Of a DNA stretch of 64,000 nt, positions 47,062 to 57,557 are shown piece by piece. Numbering within the stretch: position 1 is the stretch's first letter; each line of letters starts with the position of its first letter. Both the position numbers and the translations under genes were made by a program. The stretch is taken from contig OZ245842.1 of assembly GCA_965228895.1 (NCBI GenBank), forward strand, positions 4,576,001-4,640,000, given 5' to 3'. The DNA is from Alphaproteobacteria bacterium. GTDB taxonomy: Bacteria; Pseudomonadota; Alphaproteobacteria; SP197. The notes beneath the pieces were generated by a model. The model ran no database searches and was not told the origin of the DNA. It worked only from the letters and a program-made list of their open reading frames with translations.

Positions 47062-47826
47062 ATGGCGGTTGCGGAAGAACGTCCCAATTTGGGTCACGCT
47101 GTCGAATTGCGGCACGTCCATAAATGGTACGGCGAGTTCCACGTGCTCAAGGATATCAACCTGGAGGTGCGCCAGGGCGAGCGGGTCGTTGTCTGTGGAC
47201 CCTCGGGTTCCGGCAAATCGACCATGATTCGCTGCATCAACCGGCTGGAGGAGCACCAGCGGGGCCATATTCTGGTCGAAGGCACCGAATTGACCAACGA
47301 TTTGAAGAATATCGACACAATCCGGCGCGAAGTCGGCATGGTTTTCCAGCATTTCAACCTGTTTCCGCACCTGACCGTGCTGGAAAACCTGACCTTGGGG
47401 CCCACCTGGGTGCGCAAGGTTGCCAAGAAAGAGGCCGATGACACGGCGATGATGTACCTGGAACGGGTCAAAATCCCCGAACAGGCCCACAAGTACCCCG
47501 GCCAGCTCTCCGGCGGCCAGCAACAGCGCGTCGCCATCGCCCGCTCGCTGTGCATGAAACCCCAGATCATGCTGTTCGACGAGCCGACATCGGCCCTTGA
47601 CCCCGAAATGATCAAGGAAGTGCTGGATGTCATGATCGAACTGGCCGAAGAGGGCATGACCATGATCTGCGTGACCCATGAAATGGGTTTTGCCCGCACC
47701 GTCGGCGACACCATGGTCTTTATGGACGAGGGCGAAATCGTCGAAATGGCGCCGCCCAGCGAGTTCTTCGCCAACCCGAAGAACGAGCGGACCCGGCTGT
47801 TCCTGAGCCAGATTCTGTCCCACTGA
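47062..47826 (+). CDS. aapP: Amino acid ABC ATPase
   Basis: GPSGSGKST, LSGGQQQR, LFDEPTSALDPE, VTHEMGF. Confidence 0.96.
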   Translation: MAVAEERPNLGHAVELRHVHKWYGEFHVLKDINLEVRQGERVVVCGPSGSGKSTMIRCINRLEEHQRGHILVEGTELTNDLKNIDTIRREVGMVFQHFNLFPHLTVLENLTLGPTWVRKVAKKEADDTAMMYLERVKIPEQAHKYPGQLSGGQQQRVAIARSLCMKPQIMLFDEPTSALDPEMIKEVLDVMIELAEEGMTMICVTHEMGFARTVGDTMVFMDEGEIVEMAPPSEFFANPKNERTRLFLSQILSH

Positions 47827-47851
47827 CGACCTGGCGGGCCGAATTGGCCCG

Positions 47852-47991
47852 CTAGAGCAGATCCTGTTTTGATGGAATCGCTTCGCGATGACATCAAGAC
47901 AGGTGAATCTGCTCTACTCATCGATAAAGAGCGGATTCACATGGTTAGTTGGGACCGTCAAGCGGTTCCATCTAACCATGATCCGCTCTAG
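47852..47991. repeat. 140-bp twin-hairpin MITE/RIME-like element, copy 2 (inverted)
   Basis: Reverse complement aligns end to end with 26172-26311. Confidence 0.9.
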
Positions 47992-48110
47992 GCCCGAAAC
48001 CGGACGCCGGACAGCCATAGCGTCCCGCTTTGAATCAGATTTGCGCCTGAATCCCCCTCCAACCCTGGCATAGCTCTTGCATCCTATGGGCCGGGTTTGG
48101 AGTTATTATC

Positions 48111-48656
48111 ATGATGGTCACGTCGTTGATGCCGCGGGCGCGATATCACCAATGGGCCAATGTCCAATTGACCGATTTCCTTCTGGAGGCGGAGCAAACA
48201 GGCGCGTTTGACCGTCACGAAGACATGCGGTCGAGGGTCCATGACGTCCTGTGCCGGACCATGGCGGTCGATTGCCGATGGCTCGACCGGCTGGAAGGCC
48301 GTGAATTCGACAACTATGCCTCGCGGTTCGAGGGCATGGACTTCGCCGTTCTGCTAAAGGCTCGTTCGCTGTTGGACGCCCGTTTGATGGCGGCCGTCAA
48401 CCGGCTTGGCACGGCGGCCTCCGATGAGACGGTTCCTGCCTCGAACGGCATCAAGATCAGCCTGCCGGCGGTTGTGCGCTTCATGCTGGCACGCAACCAA
48501 CGGCAACGCTCGCATGTTGCCGGCATCTTATCCGAGCTTGAGCTGATGCCGCCGCTGATGGGCGAGCGCCTCTTCGAGGCGCGCACCCGCCGACGTGGCG
48601 AGCAGACAGAAATTTCAAACAGTGTTGATTCGCCCGCCTTGGCTGCCGTGGGATAG
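48111..48656 (+). CDS. DinB/YfiT-like four-helix protein lacking the His triad
   Basis: ARYHQWAN, VDCRWLDRLEG, R..LD..L, RSHVAGILSEL...PP. Confidence 0.65.
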   Translation: MMVTSLMPRARYHQWANVQLTDFLLEAEQTGAFDRHEDMRSRVHDVLCRTMAVDCRWLDRLEGREFDNYASRFEGMDFAVLLKARSLLDARLMAAVNRLGTAASDETVPASNGIKISLPAVVRFMLARNQRQRSHVAGILSELELMPPLMGERLFEARTRRRGEQTEISNSVDSPALAAVG

Positions 48657-48697
48657 TCAGGGCACAACGCAGCAACAAGAACAAGGGAGTTTCGTCT

Positions 48698-49081
48698 ATG
48701 CCCTGGGCGCGTTTGGGGATCGCTTTGTGCGTTCTATTCGTTGTGGCCGTGGGGCCGGTCAAAGCCACCGAAACGGAAGTCAGCGGCGACGAGCTACGTG
48801 AGCTTCTGACCGGCAATTCGATTGATGGCGTGTGGGGCGACACCCACTATATCCAATACTTCTCCGATACCGGCCGAACGCTCTACAAGGCAGACAACAG
48901 TCCCGGTGATTGGGGCACATGGCGCATCAACGACGCCGGCTACTATTGCTCGACCTGGCGCGGCGGTGCCGAGAACTGCTACAGCGTGGTCGACATGGAC
49001 GGTACCTTGTACTGGAAGTCCGAGAGCGGCAGCGTGACCTACCCCTTCACCATCATCGAAGGCAACGCGACCGAAGAATAG
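48698..49081 (+). CDS. Exported hypothetical protein (DUF995-like)
   Basis: Signal peptide; SGDELRELLTGNS, GTWRI...YCSTW...CY. Confidence 0.75.
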   Translation: MPWARLGIALCVLFVVAVGPVKATETEVSGDELRELLTGNSIDGVWGDTHYIQYFSDTGRTLYKADNSPGDWGTWRINDAGYYCSTWRGGAENCYSVVDMDGTLYWKSESGSVTYPFTIIEGNATEE

Positions 49082-49190
49082 TCTTCGGGCGTCGCATTTC
49101 GTCGCTTCATCCGTGGACGTGGAGTCCGGCTTACCGTTACGATTCCGACTGGGACCTAAGTCAGTTCTTAGGTCGTGACGGGAGACGGCG

Positions 49191-50786
49191 ATGCGAATGG
49201 CGTTCGGCAGATGTGTTGCAGCGGCGTTAGCGCTTCTTGTGCTGCTGCCCGCCTGGGCATTCGCCGCCGCCATCCATATCGGCAACGGCGCCGAGCCCGA
49301 GAGCCTCGACATCCATCGCTCGTCCGGCGTGTCCGAAGCCAACATCCAGCGCGATCTTTTTGAAGGCTTGGTCACGCTCGGCGCTGACGCGAGCCTGCTG
49401 CCCGGCGCCGCCGAGAGCTGGACGGTCAGCGAAGACGGATTGACCTATACGTTCGTGCTGCGCCCCGATGCGCGGTGGTCGAACGAGGACCCCGTCACCG
49501 CGCACGACTTCGTCTACGCGATCCGCCGCGGGCTGGCGCCTGAGACCGCCGCCGACTACGCCTTCATCCTCTATCCGATCAACAATGCCGAGGCGATCAC
49601 GCGCGGCGAGATCGACGACATGGATGAATTGGGCGTGCGCGCCATCGATGATCTGACACTCGAGATCACCCTGAAGGCGCCGACGCCCTATTTTCTCGAC
49701 ATGCTGACGCATCAGATGGCGTTCCCGCTGCATCAAGAAAGCGTCGAGAGCCATGGCGACCAGTGGACCAAACCGGGCAACATGGTCTCCAACGGAGCCT
49801 ACAGTCTGGAAGAGTGGGTACCGCAGGATCGTATCAAACTGAGCAAAAACGACGCGTTCCATGCCGCCGACGACGTGCAGATCGACACGGTCTACTACTA
49901 CCCGACCGAAGATGTCGGCCAGGAGTTGAAACGCTACCGGGCTGACGAACTCGATATCACCTATGACGTTCCTGCCGATCAGGTCGCCTGGCTCGTCGAC
50001 AACCTGGCCGACGAGTTCGAGAACTTTCCCTATCTCGGCACCTACTATTACGCGATCAACACGACCGCGGCCCCCTTCGACGGCAACCCGGCTCTGCGTC
50101 AGGCGCTAAGCCTGGCTATCGACCGCGACCTCTTGACCGAGAAGATCACGCGGGCGGGTGAGGTGCCGGCCTATGCCTTCGTGCCGCCGGGGGTCATGAA
50201 CTACACCCATCAGACACGCGACGAGGCCGCTCTTTCAAAGCAGGAACGCGAGGCCAGGGCACAGGCACTCTACGCGGAAGCCGGCTATTCACAGGACAAT
50301 CCGCTTGATGTGGAGATCCTCTACAACACCAGCGACAACCACAAAAAGATCGCCATCGCGATCGCCGCGATGTGGAAACAGGTGCTGGGCGTTCAAGCAA
50401 CGCTGCGTAACGAGGAATGGAAGGTCTACCTGGCGTCACGCGATGAAAAGAGCTTCGAGGTCGCACGCGCCTCGTGGATCGGCGACTACAACGACGCCAA
50501 CACGTTCCTGGAACTGCTCCTGTCCGACGCCGGGCCGATGAACACGACGGGCTTCGCCGATCCCGAGTTCGACGAGCTTGTGCGCGCGGCAGCTTTCCAG
50601 CCCGATCTCGAGGAGCGTGCGGCCATGCTGGCACAAGCCGAGAACCTGCTGCTGGACGCGGCCGCCTTGATCCCGATCTACCACTACACGACCCAGCACA
50701 TGGTCAAACCGCATGTCGGTGGCTGGATGAACAACGTCAAGGACGTCCATCCGACACGTTTTTTGTGGATCGACGAGGAGTCTTGA
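49191..50786 (+). CDS. oppA: Oligopeptide ABC transporter substrate-binding protein
   Basis: EPESLD, DLFEGLV, PGAAESW, WSN..PVTAHDFVY, SNGAY, WIGDY. Confidence 0.93.
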   Translation: MRMAFGRCVAAALALLVLLPAWAFAAAIHIGNGAEPESLDIHRSSGVSEANIQRDLFEGLVTLGADASLLPGAAESWTVSEDGLTYTFVLRPDARWSNEDPVTAHDFVYAIRRGLAPETAADYAFILYPINNAEAITRGEIDDMDELGVRAIDDLTLEITLKAPTPYFLDMLTHQMAFPLHQESVESHGDQWTKPGNMVSNGAYSLEEWVPQDRIKLSKNDAFHAADDVQIDTVYYYPTEDVGQELKRYRADELDITYDVPADQVAWLVDNLADEFENFPYLGTYYYAINTTAAPFDGNPALRQALSLAIDRDLLTEKITRAGEVPAYAFVPPGVMNYTHQTRDEAALSKQEREARAQALYAEAGYSQDNPLDVEILYNTSDNHKKIAIAIAAMWKQVLGVQATLRNEEWKVYLASRDEKSFEVARASWIGDYNDANTFLELLLSDAGPMNTTGFADPEFDELVRAAAFQPDLEERAAMLAQAENLLLDAAALIPIYHYTTQHMVKPHVGGWMNNVKDVHPTRFLWIDEES

Positions 50787-50817
50787 GCCAGCCCCGCAAC
50801 CACGCGGCCGGCTGAGC

Positions 50818-51735
50818 GTGTACGCCTATTCCATCCGCCGCCTGATCGGCGCCATACCCACTCTGCTGGCGGTGATTGTGATCGCGTTTGTCATGATCCG
50901 CCTGGCGCCCGGCGGCCCGTTTGATAGCGAACGCAGTGTGCCGCCCGAGATCGCCGCCAACCTGGAAGCCGCCTACCGGTTGGATGCGCCGCTCGGCGAA
51001 CAGTTCCTGAGCTATCTGGGCGATCTTCTGCGCGGCGACTTCGGTCCGTCGTTCCGCTACAAGGACTTTACCGTCACCGAACTCCTGTGGTCCGCCTTCC
51101 CGGTCTCCGCGCAACTCGGTCTCGCCGCCATCATTCTGGCGGTCATCGCCGGCACCGCCGCCGGTGCCTATGCGGCGATGCGCCGCAACTCCATGCTCGA
51201 CGCCGGTGTCATGACGCTCGCCATGACTGGTATCGCGCTACCCAACTTTGTTGTCGCGCCGCTGCTGACCCTGGTGCTCGGTGTTTACTTGAGCTGGCTG
51301 CCGGTCGGCGGCTGGGGCGGTTTCTCCCATGCCCTGCTGCCGATCATCGCGCTGGCGCTGCCTCAGATTGCCTACGTCGCTCGGTTGACGCGCGGCAGCA
51401 TGCTTGAGGTGCTACGCGCCGACTTCATCCGCACCGCGCGCGCCAAGGGCATGAGCGATGGCCGCCTGGTCGCCCACCATGCGCTGAAAGCCGCTGCACT
51501 GCCGGTCGTCTCCTACCTCGGCCCGGCGACGGCGGCGATTATCACCGGTTCCGTCGTGATTGAGCAGATCTTCGGCATTCCAGGCTTGGGCCGTTACTTC
51601 GTACAGGGCGCGTTGAACCGCGATTACACCCTCGTCATGGGTGTGGTGATTTTCTATGCCGTCCTGATCGTGATCTTGAATCTGATCGTCGATCTCCTCT
51701 ACCCGCTGCTTGATCCCAGGGTGCGTTATGACTGA
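50818..51735 (+). CDS. oppB: Oligopeptide ABC permease
   Basis: RLAPGGPF, DFGPSF, FIRTARAKG, NRDYTLVMG. Confidence 0.94.
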   Translation: MYAYSIRRLIGAIPTLLAVIVIAFVMIRLAPGGPFDSERSVPPEIAANLEAAYRLDAPLGEQFLSYLGDLLRGDFGPSFRYKDFTVTELLWSAFPVSAQLGLAAIILAVIAGTAAGAYAAMRRNSMLDAGVMTLAMTGIALPNFVVAPLLTLVLGVYLSWLPVGGWGGFSHALLPIIALALPQIAYVARLTRGSMLEVLRADFIRTARAKGMSDGRLVAHHALKAAALPVVSYLGPATAAIITGSVVIEQIFGIPGLGRYFVQGALNRDYTLVMGVVIFYAVLIVILNLIVDLLYPLLDPRVRYD

Positions 51736-52600
51736 CGCCCTGCTTCAACAGACGATCAGAACGCCGGCCGGTCATGCTTGGGCCCGGTTACGGCGTAACC
51801 GAACGGCCATGCTGGCTGCTGTCGTTCTCTTGCTCATTGCGCTCGCCTGCATCATTGGGCCGTGGTTCAGCCCGTTCGCGCTGGATGACGTGGACTGGGA
51901 CAATCTGCAGACCCCGCCGGATTTCGGCGCCGGCCATCCGTTCGGGACCGACGCCAACGGGCGCGATCTTCTGGTGCGTATCCTGATCGGCGGCCGGGTG
52001 TCGCTCGCAGTTGGTCTTGCCGCCAGTCTTGTCGCCGTCTTGATCGGCGTCACCTGGGGTGCGATCGCCGGTTATGCCGGCGGGCGCACGGACGCCATGA
52101 TGATGCGCGCCGTCGACGTGCTCTATGCGCTGCCCTTCATGTTCTTCGTCATCCTGCTGATGGTCTTCTTCGGGCGCGACATCTACCTGCTGTTCATCGC
52201 GCTGGGCGCCGTCTCATGGCTCGACATGGCGCGCATCGTGCGCGGTCAGACCTTAAGCCTTAAGGAAAAGGACTTTGTCCGCGCCGCCCGCGCGCTGGGC
52301 ACACCGCCACTGCGTATCCTCATCCACCACATCGTGCCCAACGCGCTTGGACCGGTTGTCGTCTTCGCGACACTCACGGTGCCGCAGGTCATCCTCTTCG
52401 AATCGTTTCTGAGTTTTCTCGGCCTCGGCGTCCAGGAACCGATGACAAGCTGGGGCGTCCTGATCAGCGAAGGTGCTGATGTCATGGAGACGGCGCCATG
52501 GATGCTGATCGTTCCGGCTCTGTTTCTGACGACCACACTGTTCTGCCTGAACTTCCTGGGCGATGGGCTACGCGACGCGCTCGACCCGCGCGACAGTTAG
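51728..52600 (+). CDS. oppC: Oligopeptide ABC permease
   Basis: FGTDANGRDL, ARIVRGQTL, ESFLSFLGLG, GDGLRDALDP. Confidence 0.94.
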   Translation: MTDALLQQTIRTPAGHAWARLRRNRTAMLAAVVLLLIALACIIGPWFSPFALDDVDWDNLQTPPDFGAGHPFGTDANGRDLLVRILIGGRVSLAVGLAASLVAVLIGVTWGAIAGYAGGRTDAMMMRAVDVLYALPFMFFVILLMVFFGRDIYLLFIALGAVSWLDMARIVRGQTLSLKEKDFVRAARALGTPPLRILIHHIVPNALGPVVVFATLTVPQVILFESFLSFLGLGVQEPMTSWGVLISEGADVMETAPWMLIVPALFLTTTLFCLNFLGDGLRDALDPRDS

Positions 52601-52688
52601 AGCGTTCATGGCTTAGCAGGCCGGCACCGGTAACGCGCAAGCGAGTCATGCGCTAGACGAGACCCTGCTGATCGCGCATCATTGCGCC

Positions 52689-53297
52689 ATGACACAAACA
52701 TCAAGATCCGTCGGTATCTTCGTCTTCGATGGTGTCGAGCCGTTGGATACGGTCGGTCCCTTTGAAGCATTCCTTTGCGCCGAAAACGCCGACGAGGAAG
52801 CGCTGTTCGACGTCTTTCTGTTTGCCGAAACCCGGGCGCCGGTGACGGCAACCGGCGGCCTCATCATGACACCGCGGCATGGTTTCGGCGATCTGCCATC
52901 GATCGACATCCTGCTTGTCCCCGGCGGAAACGGCACGCGCACCCTTACCAAGCGCAACGACATCACGTCGTGGGTCGAACAGCGGCACGACGACAGCGAC
53001 CTCACACTGTCCGTCTGCACCGGCGCCCAGGTTCTCGCCGCGGCGGGCCTCTTGAAGAATCAGAAGGCGACGACCCACTGGGCGACTTACGACTGGCTGC
53101 GCTCGATCGAACCCGATGTCGACGTGCAGGAGGGCGCGCGTTATGTCGACAACGGCGACATCGTCTGCTCGTCCGGCGTCTCTGCCGGCATCGATATGGC
53201 GCTGCACGTGATCGAACGCCTGCACGGGGCCGATGTCGCGGCGCGTGCCGCCCGCAACATGGAGTACGAGTATTGGCCGCAAGGTCGCGTCGCTTAG
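52689..53297 (+). CDS. DJ-1/PfpI family protein
   Basis: EPLDTVGPFEAF, VPGG, SVCTGA, ATTHW, SGVSAGID. Confidence 0.92.
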   Translation: MTQTSRSVGIFVFDGVEPLDTVGPFEAFLCAENADEEALFDVFLFAETRAPVTATGGLIMTPRHGFGDLPSIDILLVPGGNGTRTLTKRNDITSWVEQRHDDSDLTLSVCTGAQVLAAAGLLKNQKATTHWATYDWLRSIEPDVDVQEGARYVDNGDIVCSSGVSAGIDMALHVIERLHGADVAARAARNMEYEYWPQGRVA

Positions 53298-53698
53298 CCG
53301 CGCTCGCCATCTTCAGCTTGTTGCCGGCGCTCCCTGCAATGGGGCACGCCAGCGAGATCGTGTTTGCCTGCATCGACCGCGACACCGCCATCGAGGTCGC
53401 CGATGTCACCAACGAGTATCACCTGCATGTTCTCGAAGTCGGACGGGTCACGATCGCCGAACGGCATGGCTACGGCAATTTGAAACGCCGCGCCAAACAT
53501 CGCACCGAGGTGGCCCGGACTTCGGGCGCATGCGCCTTTGTGCCGGCCTTTCCGCACCGATTGGTGTCCACGATCAGCGAGGGGCCCGAAAACCTGGCAG
53601 CCGCCGGACTGTTGCGACGGGTTTATGAAGTCGTCGCGTTAGAAAGCGGCGAGACGTTTTATCTGATTGGCATGGAGCAGCGGCCCGCTCAGCCCTGA
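53273..53698 (+). CDS. Exported hypothetical protein
   Basis: TTG 53273 with GGAG upstream; signal peptide-like MAARSRRLAALAIFSLLPALPAMGHA; fills the gap before uup. Confidence 0.55.
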   Translation: MAARSRRLAALAIFSLLPALPAMGHASEIVFACIDRDTAIEVADVTNEYHLHVLEVGRVTIAERHGYGNLKRRAKHRTEVARTSGACAFVPAFPHRLVSTISEGPENLAAAGLLRRVYEVVALESGETFYLIGMEQRPAQP

Positions 53699-55509
53699 GT
53701 CCCGGCGGTCGCCAACGCCTCGCGCTGGCTTTCCAGCTCCAGCCAGCGTTCTTCGGCAGCCCCGAGCTCATCACGACAGCGCACCAGTTCGGCACTGACC
53801 GCCTCAAACCCGGCGGGGTCACGCTGATAAAATTCGGCGTCCGCGAGTTCGGTTTCGCAACGGGCGATCTGGTCTTCAAGATCGCTGATACGGCCAGGCA
53901 ATTGATCGAGCTCCCGTTGATCGTTGTAGGTCAGCCGCTGCCGGACGACGGCGCGTCGGGACGATGTCGCCGCTGAATTCTGGCGGGCCGCCGCCTCCGG
54001 CTGTTCGGCGCGCGCGCGTGTGGCGCGTTGTGCCAGGTAGTCGTCGTAACCGCCGGGGTATTCATCGACCCGGCCACCACCTTCCAACACCAAAGTCGAC
54101 GTCACCAGTCGATCAAGGAAGTCACGGTCATGGCTGACAAGCAGCACGGTTCCCGGAAAGTCGCTCAAGACTTCCTGCAGCAGATCAAGGGTCTCCATGT
54201 CCAGGTCGTTGGTCGGCTCGTCCATGACAAGAAGATCACTCGTCTGCGCAAACAGCCGCGCCAGCAACAAGCGGCTTCGTTCGCCGCCGGAAAGGGTACG
54301 AATCGGCTGGCGCGCCTGTGCCTCGGCAAACAGGAAGTCCTTGAGGTAAGCAACGACATGGCGCGACTGGCCACGCACCATCAGGTGATCGCCGCCGCCC
54401 GGCTGCAGTACCTGCCACGGCGTGAGCTCGGGGTCGAGCTGTTGGCGGCGCTGGTCGAAATAGGTGACGTTCAACCCCTTCGCCAAGCGTAGCTGGCCGG
54501 AATCCGGCGCAAGATCGCCGGTCAGCAATCGGATCAGCGTGGTCTTGCCGGCACCGTTGGGGCCCAACACACCGACCCGGTCGCCGCGCAGGATCCGCGT
54601 TGAAAAGTGATCGATGATGGTCAGGTCGCCATAACTCTTGGTCAGATCGACGGCTTCGATCACCAGCCGGCTCTTGGAACTGCCGGCTTCGACATCGATC
54701 TTGGCGGTGGCCTCCACATTACGCGCGCGTTCGGCGCGTAACTGGCGCAGGTCCGCGAGTGCGGCGACCCTGCGTTGATTGCGTTTGCGGCGAGCGGTGA
54801 CGCCACGTTCGTGATAGCGCTCTTCCTCTGCGATTCGCCGCTCAATCCTGGCATCTTCGACGGTTTCGGCCTCGGCAACCTCGTCGGTCCAGGCCTCGAA
54901 GTGCGAGAAACCCTGATTGCGCTGGCGCAACGTGCCGCGATCGAGCCACAGCATGCTCGTTGACACGCGCCGCAGAAAGGCCCGGTCATGGCTGACCGTG
55001 ACGACGGCGCCGGGGAAGCCGTCCAGGAAACCTTCCAGCCAGGTGATGGCGCGGATATCCAGATGGTTTGTCGGCTCGTCAAGCAGCAGAACGTCCGGCT
55101 CGCTGACCAGCGCGCGCGCCAGAAAGGCGCGCCGTTGTTCGCCGCCCGACAACGTTGCCATGTCACGATCACCGGCCAGATCCAGCCTATCGAGAACAGC
55201 ATCGGCGCGATGCGCGGCGGCTTCGCCGTCCGGGCTACCGACAACGAATTGCGCGACCGTGCCCGTGAGAGGCTCGACCGCTTCCTGATCGACCAACGCC
55301 ACACGCGTGCCCGGTTGTAGAAATCGCTCACCACGATCAGCTTCGACACGGCCGGCCAGAATCTTGAGCAGGGACGACTTGCCGCTGCCGTTACGTCCAA
55401 CCAGGCACAGACGCGCGCCAGGCTCGACGCCAAAACTCACCCGTTCGAAGAGTGGTTTGTGATCAACAATAAGCGCGGCATCGCGCAGGGCAAGAATCGG
55501 AGCAACCAT
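53689..55509 (-). CDS. uup: ABC-F family ATPase (Uup-like)
   Basis: Two NBDs ([21 protein letters not shown]; [21 protein letters not shown]), ARRKRNQRR linker, C-terminal coiled coil ending RWLELE. Confidence 0.93.
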   Translation of the reverse strand: MVAPILALRDAALIVDHKPLFERVSFGVEPGARLCLVGRNGSGKSSLLKILAGRVEADRGERFLQPGTRVALVDQEAVEPLTGTVAQFVVGSPDGEAAAHRADAVLDRLDLAGDRDMATLSGGEQRRAFLARALVSEPDVLLLDEPTNHLDIRAITWLEGFLDGFPGAVVTVSHDRAFLRRVSTSMLWLDRGTLRQRNQGFSHFEAWTDEVAEAETVEDARIERRIAEEERYHERGVTARRKRNQRRVAALADLRQLRAERARNVEATAKIDVEAGSSKSRLVIEAVDLTKSYGDLTIIDHFSTRILRGDRVGVLGPNGAGKTTLIRLLTGDLAPDSGQLRLAKGLNVTYFDQRRQQLDPELTPWQVLQPGGGDHLMVRGQSRHVVAYLKDFLFAEAQARQPIRTLSGGERSRLLLARLFAQTSDLLVMDEPTNDLDMETLDLLQEVLSDFPGTVLLVSHDRDFLDRLVTSTLVLEGGGRVDEYPGGYDDYLAQRATRARAEQPEAAARQNSAATSSRRAVVRQRLTYNDQRELDQLPGRISDLEDQIARCETELADAEFYQRDPAGFEAVSAELVRCRDELGAAEERWLELESQREALATAGTQG

Positions 55510-55695
55510 GGCGCGACGGCATAGCACAATGAACCACCACGCCCCAACAGCCGACCGCCGCTGCGCACCCTTGCCGCTTCTTCAAGCCGATGACAGGATG
55601 CCGCCAAGGGGGCGCCAATGATCGAACAGACACGTGGATTGACCACCGCCGATAACGTGGCGGCCTGACATGGTGCCCAATCCGGTAGGACTCGG

Positions 55696-56643
55696 TTGAG
55701 CCGGGAAGATGCGGTCGCGCGATCCAGTCTGCGCCACGTTTTGTGGAGCCGGCTGTGGATCTACTTCGCGCTGGTCTTCTGCGGCGGCATTTGGGGACTG
55801 GTGCCGACACTGGCCAAGACGGCGGTGTCGGACGGCGCCCATCCCTTTGGCTTGACCTGGTGGCAGGCCGTCGGCGGCGGCACCATGGTGCTTCTCATAT
55901 CGCTTGCGCGCGGCAAGCGGCTGCCGCTGAACCGACAACACATCGGCTTCTATGCCTTCTGCGGCGTCGCCGGCACCATCATGCCGACACTCGCGCTGTT
56001 CTATTCGGCGTCTCACATTTCCGCCGGCATCGTCGCCGTTCTGATGGCATCGGTCGCGATCGCCGCCTACCCCTTGTCGATCGTCTTTCGCATCGACCGG
56101 CTGCAGCCCATGCGGGTGCTGGGTTTGTGTTTGGGCCTCGCCGGCGTCGCGATGCTGATCCTGCCCGGCGCCGGCATCGGCGGCGCCAGCGACCCCATGT
56201 GGATCATGATCGCGCTCCTGATCCCGTTCGGCTATGCGGCCGAGAACGTCTTCGTCGCCATCAAGAGCCCGCGCCAGACTGACACGACGACGCTGGTCGC
56301 CGGCATGCTGCTGATGGGCGGCGTTATGATCACGCCGGTCGTGGTCGCCACCGACACCTGGTACGCGATAACCTGGCCGCTGAGTGATGCCGAACTATCG
56401 GTGATCGGTATCTTCGTGATCAACGTGCTGAGTTATGTGCTGTTTCTGGCGCTCATCTACGCGGCCGGGCCGGTCTTTGCGTCGATGTCCGGATACTTCT
56501 CGGTGCTGACCGGGATTGTCTGGGGCATGGTGCTGCTGGGTGAAGGCCACGGCGCCTGGTTCTGGGCAGCGCTTTTGAGCATGTTGGCCGGCATGGCGCT
56601 GGTCAGAGAACGCGCCGCCCACCGCCGGATCGAGAAGCCGTGA
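55696..56643 (+). CDS. DMT/EamA transporter
   Basis: About 10 TM; AGPVFAS...GIVWGMVLLGE. Confidence 0.88.
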   Translation: MSREDAVARSSLRHVLWSRLWIYFALVFCGGIWGLVPTLAKTAVSDGAHPFGLTWWQAVGGGTMVLLISLARGKRLPLNRQHIGFYAFCGVAGTIMPTLALFYSASHISAGIVAVLMASVAIAAYPLSIVFRIDRLQPMRVLGLCLGLAGVAMLILPGAGIGGASDPMWIMIALLIPFGYAAENVFVAIKSPRQTDTTTLVAGMLLMGGVMITPVVVATDTWYAITWPLSDAELSVIGIFVINVLSYVLFLALIYAAGPVFASMSGYFSVLTGIVWGMVLLGEGHGAWFWAALLSMLAGMALVRERAAHRRIEKP

Positions 56644-57557
56644 GCGCACCAGGAACGGCAACTGCCGGCTCCAAACGCCTGTGGTTCATTTTCCTGATCT
56701 TGCTGAGCGGCGGTTCCTGGAGCCTGGTCTTCTCGCTCGGCAAGATCGCCGGCGAAGGCATCCACGACTCCTTAGGTCTGGCCTTCTGGCAAGGCGTCGG
56801 CGGTGGTCTGATGTTGCTTACCTATGCCGCCTTCCGCCGAAAGCGACTCCCGCTCGACAGACGCAGCCTCGGTTTCTATCTGATCTGTGGCGTCTTCGGT
56901 ACCGCGCTGCCGACAACCTTGATCTTCGAGATCGCGCCGGTCGTCGGGGCCGGCACGCTGGCCATCACCATGGCGCTGGTACCGCTGATAACCTATGGCG
57001 CCGCCATCGTGCTTGGCATCGACCGTGGCGCCGCCTTACGCATCACAGGACTAAGCCTGGGCTTCATTGCCGTCTTGCTGCTCATGCTGCCCACGGCGCT
57101 GGACGAAAGCATGGTGGGCCTGCTTTGGCTGCTTTTCGCGCTCGCCATTCCTGCCAGTTTTTCGACCGAGAACCTGCTTCTGGCCCTGCGCGGCCCGAAG
57201 GGGATCGATGCGATCGCGCTGGTCGGCGCGTTTCAGATCGCCGGCGCCGCGTTGCTTCTGCCCATTACCCTGGCGACCGGCACGTTCACCTGGATGGACG
57301 GTCCCTGGGGCGATCCGGAATGGGCGGCGCTTATCATGTTGCTGATCAACGCGCCGAGCTACACGCTCTTTCTTTACGTGCTCCAACGCACCGGGCCTGT
57401 GTTCGCTTCCCAGACCACCTATGTCGTCACGGTGCTGGGTGTCGTCTGGGGCATGGTCTTGTTTGGCGAAGCGCACTCCGCCTGGTTCTGGGGGGCGCTC
57501 ATGGTGATGATGGCGGGCATCGCACTTGTTCAGGAACGCAAGGTCGAACGCTTCTAG
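56640..57557 (+). CDS. DMT/EamA transporter (tandem paralog)
   Basis: TGPVFASQ...GVVWGMVLFGE; GTGA overlap with previous gene. Confidence 0.88.
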   Translation: MSAPGTATAGSKRLWFIFLILLSGGSWSLVFSLGKIAGEGIHDSLGLAFWQGVGGGLMLLTYAAFRRKRLPLDRRSLGFYLICGVFGTALPTTLIFEIAPVVGAGTLAITMALVPLITYGAAIVLGIDRGAALRITGLSLGFIAVLLLMLPTALDESMVGLLWLLFALAIPASFSTENLLLALRGPKGIDAIALVGAFQIAGAALLLPITLATGTFTWMDGPWGDPEWAALIMLLINAPSYTLFLYVLQRTGPVFASQTTYVVTVLGVVWGMVLFGEAHSAWFWGALMVMMAGIALVQERKVERF

